This document shows positions 42,040 through 54,289 of a stretch of DNA of 64,000 nt, in pieces; position 1 is the stretch's first letter, and every line of letters starts with the position of its first letter. A program made the translations under genes and the position numbers. This stretch comes from Octopus sinensis (Eukaryota). The notes beneath the pieces were generated by a model. That model was not told the DNA's origin. It saw only the letters and a list, made by a program, of their open reading frames with translations, and ran no database searches. The stretch lies in the NCBI RefSeq assembly GCF_006345805.1, contig NC_043002.1, positions 32,550,001 through 32,614,000 on the forward strand, read 5' to 3'.

Positions 42040-43340
42040 CACAAATGAGTACAACTAAAAGGAGCTTCCATTCTTAGATATACTGATTAAAAAAATTAAC
42101 CTAAAAATAGAAACAGACATATTTTACAAAACCACAGACGCCAAACAATACCTACGTTTTGATTCATGCCACCCAAGACACACTAAAACAAACATCCCTT
42201 TCAACGTTGCAAGGATATGCACAATAGTGTCAGAACAAAATACCAGAAACTTTAGACTACAAGAACTCAGAAGCACCTTAATTGACAGACACTACCCAGT
42301 TCAACTCATAGAGGATGGAATCAGACGTGCAACAGAGATCGACATAGAAACTTTAAGAAAAGTTCAACACACCAGTACACCTTCCCCGAAAATACTGCCT
42401 TACATATCCACATACAACCCCAGAAACAAAGAAGCCTTCGCCATCATCACCCAGAATTTACCAATGCTTCATAAGGACCCCAAATTAAAGGAAATTCTTA
42501 ACATACATAAAATCATTAAAAGCTACAAACAACCTAAATCACTAAAAAAGATTCTCGCAAAGGCAAAATTGTATTCTGAAATTACGGATGCAAAAGTAAA
42601 AATATGTGGTAGACCAAACTGCGCAACATGCCCAAACCTTCTAGAAGGATCAGTATTCCTCTTCAAAGAGGGACAAAAATTCAAGATCAAATCTAATTTT
42701 ACTTGTGCTTCAGAAAACCTAATTAATGTCATAAGATGCTTGGGCTGCCACCAACACTACATAGGGTCCACGGGATTATCGCGCAGACGCAGATGCACTC
42801 TGCATAGAAAACAGATTGCATTCCCAGAATACAGAATGATACACTTTAGTGGACATATTGAGAAATGCGCAAAGCAACTTCTACCACAATTTTTAATCTT
42901 TCCATTCTATCAATGTGCTATTGGAATACCAACACAAATTAGATTAAAAAAGGAAACATTCTTCATTGAAAAATATAAACTAAAACTTAATCTTTCTAAG
43001 ATTTATATACAAGGAAACTCATCCCATTGAAAAAAATAAAAAAATATAAAGCGATTATCTCCCTTGTACCGGAAGAAATCCCTGATTACCTTCTCCTGCC
43101 TGGAACTCTTCACTTCATGCGAAGATATGCATATATACATACATATACGTACATACTTACATCTATACGTATATTCATATGCATATGTGAGCACAGGACG
43201 AAACAAAACATAAACAACGAAAATATGAAGTACGGGGACATGGAATATGAACTTTTTTGCGAACAACGAAAGAAACAAATGGTAAACAAGACAAACAACA
43301 CAAAGAATGACCCTTCATCAGTTGTTTCGAAATAAGGATT
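42040..43340 (+). mobile_element. Penelope-like element, 5'-truncated (RT C-terminus, Zn-linker, GIY-YIG endonuclease)
   Basis: LPFLDILI...DIFYKTTD..QYL.FDSCHP upstream of ORF 42227-43030, which carries CGRPNCATC and NVIRCLGCHQHYIGSTG..RRRCTLH. Confidence 0.85.
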
Positions 43341-43404
43341 AGAAAGTATATAAGTATGTACGCATACGTATGTACATATGCATATATATATGTATATATA
43401 TATA

Positions 43405-43444
<40 letters not shown>

Positions 43445-44115
43445 TATATATATGTGTGTGTGTGTTGTGTGTGTGTGTATGTGTGTGTGTGTGTATATAT
43501 ACATATATATATATGTATATATATATGACGTGACTTCCGCTTACCCGTCGTTCACCCGCGACGTCACTTCCCCTGCTGTCTCTCTCGCCTGACTCTTTCA
43601 AGGTAATGGACGACACTCTATTTCCTCTGCTCGTCGTCCATAAAAAATTCTGCGTTTGCAATACTTTTTTCGTTCGGCGTCAACAGCCCTTCTTATCTTG
43701 TTTTCCTTGTCCTGTCTTATACTGTTTACAATTTGCACTGTCGTTACTGTCCTGTTGTTACTATTTTTTACCCCTCGGCGAAAAGATCTCAGAACTTTAA
43801 TTGATTTGCTTTTCGCAGGAAGGAAAGTTTTCTTGTCGAAGATATGTTTCGCTTTTATCCCTCGAAACGTAGAGTAGATGAAAGCTTTAGCGACTGAAGA
43901 AGGGGTTTTTCCTTTTGTTAATTGTCCTGTATTCTATTTTTTTGCTGTTTTTAATAAATGTCCAGTTCCTTTGGTTTGTGTCTATGTTTTCATTTCTCAT
44001 AGTGTTCGGCGTCCTTTTTGGTGTCCTGTACTCATATATGCGTGTATATGTACATGTAGAGGTAGGTACGTACATATATGTTTATATATATGCATATCTT
44101 TTATTTTATTTATTA

Positions 44116-44147
<32 letters not shown>

Positions 44148-44149
44148 CA

Positions 44150-44548
44150 CTTTACTCTTTTACTTGTTTCAATCATTTGACTGCGGCCATGCTGGAGTAC
44201 CACCTTTTATCGAGCAAATCGACCCCGGGATTTATTCTTTTGTAAGCCCAATACTTATTCTATCGGTCTTTTTTGCCGAAACGCTAGGTAACAGTGCCAT
44301 AAACACACCAGCATCGGTTGTCAAGCAATGCTGGGAGGACAAACACAGACACACAAACACACGCATATATACATATACATATATACGACGGGCTTCTTTC
44401 AGTTTCCGTCTACCAAATCCACTCACAAGGCTTTGGTCATCCCGAGGCTATAGTAGGAGACACTTGCCCAAAGTGCCACGCAGTGGGACTGAACCCGGAA
44501 CCATGTGGTTGGTAAACAAGCTACTTACCACACAGCCACTCCTGTGCC
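44150..44548 (-). mobile_element. Same CORE-like SINE family, full copy; partial copies at about 10325-10490, 16965-17130, 41560-41990 and 50415-50540
   Basis: Shared sequence blocks. Confidence 0.78.
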
Positions 44549-44619
44549 TATATATATATAAACAATTGTAGCGAGGAAGGTGTTTATAAGCCATTTAAGA
44601 AACAACCAAAAACCATTAG

Positions 44620-44789
44620 TTCACTTCAACATGTAAATATAATTTGTCAAAATATTTTCGTCGCTTTGAGACCGCCACCTTTTGAGTGACAAAATTCCGT
44701 GTTGCATCACGTAATTTTGTCAGTGAACAGGTCGCGGTCACAAAGCGACGAAAATATTCTGACAAATTAAATTTAAATGTTGAAGTGAA
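44620..44789. repeat. About 170-bp imperfect palindrome; each arm has a decayed hammerhead-like motif
   Basis: Arms acttcaacat...tttgtca / tgacaaa...atgttgaagt. Confidence 0.8.
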
Positions 44790-45313
44790 TCTAAATTTAA
44801 ATGTTGAAGAGAATTACTAGAATACACTACGTTCGGAGACACGCATTGTTTTGGAGCTGATTGTTTAAAAAGTCACCTGCGATGCAAAACAATAAATGGT
44901 AGAGTATCTCAGCTGTGAGCTGCCGGTGCAGGTTGAGTTGAAAGAACTGTAGTGGACTTGAATAAAAAATCTCGTAAATTTCCTATTCTGCGTTGATCAC
45001 TGTCTGTCTATCGGTCTGTCTGTCCCTCTCTCTACCAGTATATGCGTGTGTGTGTGTGCGTATGTGGAGGGAGAGTGTGTGTTTGTGTTAGTGTGTGTAT
45101 GTGTGTGGAGGGAGAGTGTGTGTGTGAGTGTGTACGAGTGTGCGTGTGTGTGAGTTTGTGTACACACAAATACAACGAACAACTGATCGGTATTAACTAG
45201 GGAGTAGCTAGGAATGGTAAACTGAAATTATAATTAAAATGAAACAATAAAATAAAGTAAACATTATTTGTATTCTGCTTGCTTTGTTTAAAAATTTCGA
45301 AGGAATAAATTAC

Positions 45314-45516
45314 CATTGGTTGAGATGTTATAGAATAGAAGCAACCGCTCCACCATTCATAGGAAAATCGAAAATCTGTCCAAGCTTGCAAGAACGAACA
45401 TGGACAAGTATTATCGCTCCAGACACCATTATCTTTGGCATACCATTTGAGACAACTTAATTTGGAAGTTCTTTGATATCCATCACTCAAACGAAATACC
45501 CATACGCCAGTGAAAC
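45314..45516 (-). CDS. Mucin exon, NIDO end and AMOP start
   Basis: GVWVFRL...CLKWY...CPCSFLQAWTDFRF; phase 1-to-0. Confidence 0.9.
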
Positions 45517-46214
45517 CTGAGAAAATATAAAAGTATATCACATTGCATGTTACGTTTCTGAAACTAAAAATTTTATCTACGTTACTTTGGAGAGAACTAT
45601 GAATTTTCAATAATGGCTGATCAAAACCTATAAAAAACCTATAAAAAAACCTATAAAATCATTATAGAAAACATGTGAGATATCGCTATACACATGTATG
45701 CATGCATGTAAGTGTGTGCATGTATGTATGTGTGTGTGTGCGTATGTATATATGTACGTTTGCATGCATGAATTCTACATATTCATGTGTTTGTGTGTTC
45801 GTGTTTGTGTGTTTGCTTGCATGTGTGTGTGTCTCTTTGTGTGAACATGCCTGAGTGTGTCTGAGTACTCAGACATGCATACACAAGGGGTCACATGTGC
45901 ACACACACACACACACAGAAACCACAAAAACATATGAATATGCAGAATACATGCATACATACGTACTCACATCCATACATATATACATACGCACACACAC
46001 ATACATACATGCATAAACACATACATACAAACATACATATATATACATACATACATACATACATACAAGTGTACACAACTTGAACCACACACAGGCGCAC
46101 AAACAAGCAAAAAGAGCTGTTGAAAACGTTGTAAGACGCAATGAAAGTTTTAGAAAAATAAGTGAGTGAAAGTTTTGTATATAAGAGTAACTGTTAATAA
46201 CAGTCTCATTTAGA

Positions 46215-46306
<92 letters not shown>

Positions 46307-46315
46307 TATATATAT

Positions 46316-46396
<81 letters not shown>

Positions 46397-46403
<7 letters not shown>

Positions 46404-46689
46404 GTAGTATCTCATGGAGACAAACTGATGCGGTCACAGGAGTGTGACGAAAGAACTCTGGCCGAAATAAGATTAAGATTAATGTAAAAAATAAATAACA
46501 CTGAAGCAAAGTAACACCAAATATATAGTGCGTGTGTTTTTATTGGCTAAACTGGCAAAATGACCATTCCGAAATATAACAATATCTGTTTCAACACACG
46601 ACTTCTCATAAAAAATCTGGCACAACAAATATATAAACGATGTATATAAATATATATGTAAATGTGTGTGTGTCTGTATATATATATAT

Positions 46690-46733
<44 letters not shown>

Positions 46734-46812
46734 ATATATATATATATACATATATACATATGTATATATACATATAAATATATGTACATTTATAGACATA
46801 TACATAGATACA

Positions 46813-46855
<43 letters not shown>

Positions 46856-47099
46856 TTGTATATATACATATATACTTGTATATAGTTATATATATATATA
46901 TATATATACACACACAAACACACACACATATATATATATCTATATGTATGTATACAGACTTACATATATGCTATATACACACACACACACACACACACAT
47001 ATTTATATATATATATATATATTTATATCTGTATATATATATCTTTCGTCACACTCCTGTGACCGCATCAGTTTGTCTCCATGAGATACTACCATCGAT
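46397..47099. repeat. 58-bp perfect inverted repeats (46397-46454 and 47042-47099) enclosing TA microsatellite-rich DNA
   Basis: atcgatggtagtatctcatggagacaaactgatgcggtcacaggagtgtgacgaaaga and its reverse complement. Confidence 0.85.
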
Positions 47100-47109
47100 G
47101 ATGATGCCA

Positions 47110-47573
47110 CAGTTGAGTATCTAGTTGAATTTCTCAACTCTCTCCAACCTACAGGACTGCCACCGCTTTAGTTGTTCCTAAAGAAAGGCGCACCTATCAT
47201 GCTCTTGAGGAATTTCGACCCACCACGACTATGCAATGGTACAAGATTGACTGTAACTACAATAGAAAGTCATGTCCTTCAAGCAACCATTATTGCTTGC
47301 CGTCATCGAGGAGAGATCGCATACATTATTCCCTCAAATCTGCCATTTCAATTCACGCGCCTCCAGTTCCCAGTGCGATTGTGCTTCGCTATGACAATCA
47401 ACAAAGCCCAGACTTTAAAAATTGTGGATCTCAATTTACAAATAACCTGCTTTTCTCATGGACAATTATATGTCGCACGCTCTCGAGTTAGCAGTACAGA
47501 TGACATGTATATTTATTCTGTCAATACTTGGCTCACGCAAAACATAGTTTACCCAGAAGCATTGTCAGTTTAA
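47110..47573 (+). mobile_element. Helitron PIF1-like helicase C-terminal fragment
   Basis: LKKGAPIMLLRNFDPPRLCNGTRL, QFPVRLCFAMTINKAQ, CFSHGQLYVARSRV. Confidence 0.88.
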
Positions 47574-47679
47574 CTTTACACATACTAAAGTGTGCAGTCT
47601 GCCCAAACATTAGCAATGAAGCAGCTTCTTTATCCATGTAACATACTTTCTGCATCTACCCACTTGATCAAAGAGATTT

Positions 47680-48180
47680 GATCAAGTAGGTAGATTTAAG
47701 TACCTGGAGTTTACTTTGACCAAGAACAGCACATCTCAAAAAAGCAACTTCAACTCTTCTGTATAAGTATAAAAGCTAGAATCTTTCAGTTGGCATGGAA
47801 GACGAATCCAGGCATATTTGCACAAATGCTTTGGATGGCTGTTATATATCCCGTATACAGAGCACAAAACACGCAGCTTTAGTCAACAAATCCGCTGGTA
47901 CACAGAAACCATTCCACTCGGAGATAAGAAGACGAAAGCTTGCTTCGTACGATCAGGAATCTCGCCTCAGTTTGTTGTCCAAAACTATACTTCAGGGCGC
48001 AGTTGAGGAAGAGTAAAAGAGGGAGGCATACATGTGAAATCTTGGTGTCACAACATCAAGGATTGGAGAGGCCACGACATAGCGACCCTGTTCTGCATAA
48101 CAGAGTAGAGACCAGTAGCGATGTATGACTGAAAAGCACCTAGATTTGCATCCCAACGACTGGCTGCATCAGTTAAGGTT
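47680..48180 (+). mobile_element. RTE-like LINE 3' remnant
   Basis: FKYLG-like motif and IRRRKL...LSKTILQGAVE..KRGR C-terminal signature, degenerate. Confidence 0.6.
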
Positions 48181-48669
48181 ATACAAAGTTTGTCATTGTT
48201 GAGTAAAACTTACGGGCTCGTAGTTCTTCACATTTATGATTAGTTTATTGAAACAATTTTAATTACCCGTAAATTTGAATTAGCGTCAAGTGATTTTGTG
48301 TTGGTTAAATTTTTAACTGTAATTAGGTTGAAGTGTGGCTAAGTAAACAAGTTTGTGATTTAAGCCAAACAACCATGAGTGAAATAAAAAAAAGTGACAG
48401 TAAAACTCGTATAATAAAACTGAAGGAATATAATGGAATCAAGAAATTTTGAAAACAACTTTTGTTTAAATTAGACTATGAATATTTCACATTATTGTTT
48501 CGAAAATTCCGTTTATATATATTCTCAACAAGATTTACTGAGTAATTGACACTTTTGTTTATGACATATTTATTTCAAGACTTTTGACTCGGTATCAATT
48601 ATTTAGTAACATTTAAACAAAACTTATTCGATTCTTTTTAAATATTAAGAGGAGTATTCGAAATCTCAC

Positions 48670-48883
48670 CTGTATTTCCTTCCTTTATATCTATATTTAC
48701 CAAACTATTCGTCTTCAGTGAGTCTTTATGCATGAAACGCTTGTTACCGCCCAAGTTGAAGCCCATCAAGGCCTTCACATCAATTTTCATATCCATTTCA
48801 CATGGTTTGTAGAAATAAAGCAAATATGTTGAGGAGCCGTCTGTGACCAGTAACATTTGGAATGTAATACCTGGATATTCTTC
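48670..48883 (-). CDS. Mucin exon, NIDO domain C-terminal part
   Basis: NIDO-type motif TFQMLLVTDGSSTYLLYFY...ALMGFN...GNTG; phase 0-to-1. Confidence 0.9.
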
Positions 48884-49503
48884 CTAAGGTGCAAAAATAA
48901 GGTTATGATTAAAATTTTTGTGAAAACTACGCTCGTACAATTTTTGACATTCCTTTCCTAAAAGGGAAAACTTCTTATTACAACAAAATAGTATTGTTAT
49001 CGCAATCATCGATCGCAGATGAATCTTATCAAGAAGATATGTCACAGATTGTGATCGCTCCACTTTTCCTAGAACCACTATTTTACATTAAGTTTAGCTC
49101 TCTTTTTAATAACTTTAAATTACATAATATAATTCAAAAATATTACCAAACTTTCTGCTATTAATTTTATAAGATGGATCCTTAATTTGATTTTATATTT
49201 ATATTGACTTCCCTTTATAATTTTTCGGCCAGCCGATAATATCTTAACAATTTATACCCCACAAATGAACATACGTTTTCGGCAGTGTAACCACATTTCA
49301 TTTCAACCGATTTATTACAAAAAGAAACAGTGAATCAATTCTAAGCAGTAAAATATTTTGAAATAAACTAAAAATTTACGTTGATGGAAACTATAAATTC
49401 AGTAGGAATGAATCGGCATTGCTAAATAGATTTTCTTTTTTTAATTTGGTAAACTTAAAATAATTATATTCATGAGATTAAATATAATGTGTAATTAACT
49501 TAC

Positions 49504-49821
49504 CCTTGATGTTCCTATTAGAGAAAAATGACGTATATTTTCCCATGTCACCAAAAGTGCCCAAACAGATTGGAATTTTCTAATATTTGCATACATTTCA
49601 ATTTTTGCATCAATTTCACTCAGTTTACTCAATACATTGTTATTTATTCCACTTTCTGTGTATTTCTCATAAATGCTGTATTTAACTTGCTTAAAATCAT
49701 TCCAAAGGTCTGCCCAGTATGGAGCAATAACATAGTCTGTATCGTCAGATAAACTATGCGGCTCGTAGCTGAGCCTAGTATCTCTTCTGATATTCTCTGA
49801 TAAATATCCACCAGCGTAGAT
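49504..49821 (-). CDS. Mucin exon, NIDO domain N-terminal part
   Basis: NIDO-type motifs VIAPYWADL and WALLVTWENI; 318 nt, phase 0-0, canonical splice sites. Confidence 0.9.
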
Positions 49822-50730
49822 CTGACAAAACAAAATTACATAACATAGTTGAGAACAATTAGGTCATTAAAAGGTGTTTATATTGACACTGGAATCAAAT
49901 ATTTCAAGAAAAGAATTTTGAATTAACAGATTTTAATTGTAGTTAGATACGAATTTTTAAAGCTAACAGTTCAATGCAGTTTTCAGTTACAATAGGATAT
50001 TAGAATTTAATCACACACAAAACAAAAAAATCAAAAATCAAAATGTAACTAAAGAATGCCTTAGACCTTAATGAAAAAGTTTGTTAATCGATATTATAAA
50101 AGTAGTTGGTTTGTTCATTCATAACTAATATATTAAAATTAGCATTACGTCGTTCCTTAAAGTAAGACGATAAATATGAGAATCAAAAAACAAAAGTACA
50201 TTTACTGGTCATTTGCAATTGCCTTTCTTCAGTCACATCTGATGAAATCAGTTGATTCATATGATTATTAAATAGAAGCTTTCCTATAATATTACTAATA
50301 CATGGTATGGAAATCTTTTCTCCGTAACCATTTCAACAAAACGAACAGACTGATAAAAATACATATTTGGGCTTGAATGTGTGTGTGTGTGTGTGCGCGC
50401 GCGCGCGTGTGTGTACGACAGGCTTCCGCGCTCCTTCCGCCAACCAAGTCCACTCAAGGCAATATTCGGTCCGGAGCAATAGTAAAAGACATCTGCCGCG
50501 CAGTGGGACTGAATTCGAACCAAATGGCTAAAAAAGTTTAATTTTTAGCACCATAGATATGATATTTTTTATTTGCTTTTATTTCCTTTTCTCTTATAAC
50601 TTATGTTTTTAATAAAATATAAATAAACAATTGTAGATAATGATATTAGTCAGTATGTATGTATGTATGTATGTATGTATGTATGTATGTATGTATGTAT
50701 GTATGTATTATGTATGTATGTATATATACA

Positions 50731-51776
50731 TCAACAGAGGAGTCTAGTGCAATCCATAGGCAGGAAAGGTACAACTGAAGTGTAGAAAGTCCAGTAAAGA
50801 ATCTGTAGATGTTCATGGGTGATGAGAGGAGACAGGATCAACTGGTGTGACCATGTGAGCGTGTAATATATAATGAGACTTCACAAAAAAACAAAAGACG
50901 AAGACAGGTGGTGTAGACAACAAACAGATGTATTAGTATAACACTCGGGAAGTGAAAAAAGTCTTTAACGTTTCGAGCCTACGCTCTTCCACAGAAAGAA
51001 AGAACAGCCAGAGTAGGAAGAAATGACAATAGGAAAAAGCAGAAAGTACAAAAAAAGTTTAGAAAGTATAAAAAAGTTACGAAAAGTTCAAAAGGTTCAA
51101 AAGCTTCAGAGGTCGTGGTGTATTGGAGCGATTTTTCGTCAACAGAGGAGTCCAGTGTATTCCATAGGCAGGAGAGGTGCAGCTGAAGTGTAGAAAGTCC
51201 AGTAGGGAATCCGTAGAAGTTCGTGGGTGATGAGAGGAGACAGGATCGACTGTGTTCTTCCTTTCTGTGGAAGAGCGTAGGCTCGAAACGCTAAAGACGT
51301 TTTCACTTCCCGATCGTTATACTAATACATTTGTTTGTCGTCTACACCACCTGCCTTCTTTTTTTTTGTTAATTCTCCCCATATATTACACGCTCACGTG
51401 GTTGGACTAGTTGATCCTGTCTCCTCTCATCACCCACGAACTTCTATGGATTCCCTACTGGACTTTCTACACTTCAGCTGCACCTCTCCTGCCCATGGAC
51501 TACACTGGACTCCTCTATTGATGAAAAATCGCTCCAATACACCACGACGTCTGAAGCTTTTGAATCTTTCGTAACTTTTTGATACTTCCTAAACATTTTT
51601 GTACTTTCTGCTTTTTTCTTATTGTCGTTTCTTCCTAATCTAGTTGTTCTTTCTTTCTGTGAAAGAGCGTAGGCTCGAAACGTTAAAGACTTTTTCACTT
51701 CCCAAGCGTTATATTAATACATCTATTTGCTGCCTACACCACCTGTCTTCGTCTTTTGTGTTTTGTGAATTCTCCT
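50731..51776. mobile_element. Head-to-head array of a roughly 392-408-bp unit (about 1.3 units on -, about 1.3 on +), with hammerhead-like motifs; retrozyme/PLE-like
   Basis: 50731-50850 is repeated at about 51139-51252 and the orientation flips at about 51253. Motifs lie at 50963-50998 (-), 51261-51296 (+) and 51653-51688 (+). Confidence 0.7.
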
Positions 51777-51781
51777 GATAT

Positions 51782-51823
<42 letters not shown>

Positions 51824-52345
51824 ATATATATATATTCAATTCTATGCTGTTGCCGCATTATGTCGCACGCGAATGAGAGGATTTGCATCCCCAACCAAGA
51901 ATTTTTGATGTAACACATGTCCTTGTGGAAGCTGTTGTGCGCGGCTGAAGAAGGCCACAGACATACATTATGCATTGTTATAAATCTGTCTAATAAAGGC
52001 CCGAAACATATGTACCGCTGAATCCTTGGCATCATGTTTTTATTTTGATCAATATATATATATATATATATTTCACAACCGTTATCTAAGGTACAATACC
52101 TACAGTATAGAAAAGTGGATTTGCCTAAATATTATAGCAAGTATATCAGAACCACAAAAAAGCACCATTTTGCAGATGATAAGTGACGAGACGAAAAGCA
52201 TTAAAAAGTTTTAGATCTGAAGATTTATCTGAGATTCTCCAGTTATAGATATAACTTTGACTACTGAAGTAGAAATGCACAGTAGGAATATACAGCAGTA
52301 ATGTAGTGGTAGAATGTAATTATTATAACATAAACTAGTACATAC

Positions 52346-52452
52346 AACAAAGCAGCTCAGTGTTCTTCGTCCTATGTTGATATCAATTGATGGGCAAATG
52401 TATGGTGACCAGAAACCAAAAAAGTGTCGTGCGTCAGTGTGTTGGAGTAATC
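52346..52452 (-). CDS. Mucin exon preceding NIDO (GLLQHTDARHFFGFWSPYICPSIDINIGRRTLSCFV)
   Basis: Acceptor ttttacag, donor gtatgt; phase 1-to-0 links the neighbouring exons. Confidence 0.7.
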
Positions 52453-52666
52453 CTGTAAAATGGAAAAGAGATACAAAAATTGAAACGATTAATATTTCAA
52501 TCATAAAAGCTAATATATAAAATTTCATATTAAAACTGAAAATAATGAGGAACTGTGTCCATATCTATTTCGGATCCATTCATGTAACTTGGAGTGAAGC
52601 TATGATTCCAATTCAACCATGTCATTTTAATATGTAAAACATATCCAACTCTATATAGGAGAGGAC

Positions 52667-52700
<34 letters not shown>

Positions 52701-52704
52701 TGAC

Positions 52705-52741
<37 letters not shown>

Positions 52742-53589
52742 AAGAGCGAGTGAGATGGAGGAAGGGAGGGAGAGAGAGCATTATCTTATGACTGGTATAC
52801 TGTGAAGCTTTTTAATAAAATGAACGAGGATTATTATGTAACCTGTAAATGCGATAGCCACGATTGTTTGTGAAAATTGTTGGAATCCAGTTTGCTTTCA
52901 GGTACAAACTTTGTTTAAAAGCACTACGTAGAATATATATCCAAGGGAAAATATTAAGAGGGAATAGAGAAAGATGGTTAGGGTGTTGAGAAAATGGTAA
53001 GGATGTTGGTCCCTCAATTATAAAGTCCTGGTTTCGATCTGCTGGTGCGTTATGTTCTTAAGCAAGATACTCCATTTCACATTACTTGAGCATCTGATAA
53101 GAGTACTGATGCTGCATCCCTCTCTCCATCCAGTTGTCCTATGCTGGATGTTCCACTAGGTCAAGAGTGAGGAGCCCAGAGCGTATTTATGCCTACTCGA
53201 GACTACATAGTTACGGAAAAAAATTAACGAAACCATGGTGCAATTTATCAAATCATATTCGATTCTAAGTAACGGCTATGTTTTTCTTTATTTACAGCTG
53301 TGGTAACTAAATATAGTGCAGACGTATCGCACCTAACACCGTTATTAAGCCTAAATCTTCAGTCAATTACATCAATACTTTTTGTACGAAACTAGCACTA
53401 CTCTATTATTCAAGAAAATAGTTAACTCTGAAGACTTCTGTGGGATCAATATTTTGGGACTTTTTTTTAATTCTTTACCGTTATAATATTTCTTCGCTTC
53501 CAAAAGACATGCTTTTCCGGGTTCAGCCGCGTGGCGCATTGGGTAAATGGTTTCTTGGCACAGATTGACTTTGAAATCTTCCGTGTATG

Positions 53590-54270
53590 CGCACAAAGAT
53601 TTACTATCCCAGCACACCTCCGCTGTTTACAGCAGTGCGTGGAAGGAACGTGTGTAGCGTGTGATCATCGCATTGACTATGACAAAGTTGAGCAGTAAAT
53701 CTGCATCAAATTTTGCCAAAATTTTGGCGATACATGCTGAGAGGCCTATGCAAAGTTTTCAAGAAGTTTTCATCGTTCTCGACACAATCAAGGAGTTCTT
53801 GTGCAACCGGTTGCTTTTTGGTCAGCTGAAAGCAGTTTGGGCACAAACTTGACAGACACGCGTCTCATACCCAAATATTCAGTGATAATGGACAGAACTG
53901 AATCGTAACTAATCTGCACATTCTCTGATAACTCACGGATGGTGATTCAATAATTTTCCCACACAGCTGCTAGCACATCTGTGATGTTTTTCTCAGTTCT
54001 ACTGGTTGCCGGTCTCCGAGAAATTTCGTCAATATCGATATTTTTTCAGCCATCATGGAAACGTCTGCACCACTCGTACACTTGAGTGTGGCTCGTACAC
54101 TCCTCTCCATACACGTTCTGCAACTTTGCTTTGGCCTCTGAGTAGGTGTCACTATTACAACTTTCTCTACCTAGGTGGATGCGACGAACACATGCTACAC
54201 ACATCATTCCAAGCAGTACTGTAAACAGCGGCAGTGAGCTAGAATGTTAAAACTTAGCGCTCATGCACAC
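53590..54270 (-). mobile_element. Mariner (Tc1/mariner) transposase remnant
   Basis: Minus strand reads LQNVYGEECTSHTQVYEWCRRFHDG...RRPATSRT...ITIRELSE...LGMRRVSVKFVPKLL with stops. A mariner-like N-terminus (ICIKFC) lies on + at about 53680-53760. Confidence 0.72.
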
Positions 54271-54289
54271 CATCACACTGATATATATA

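Noticed and set aside
43305-43335. CTGATGA on the minus strand next to the Penelope element (and CTGAAGA at 43894)
   Set aside because: No downstream stem II plus GAAA at a workable spacing
47172-47573. Host PIF1 gene
   Set aside because: Intronless C-terminal fragment with deletions (e.g. KAQ-TL), typical of Helitron debris
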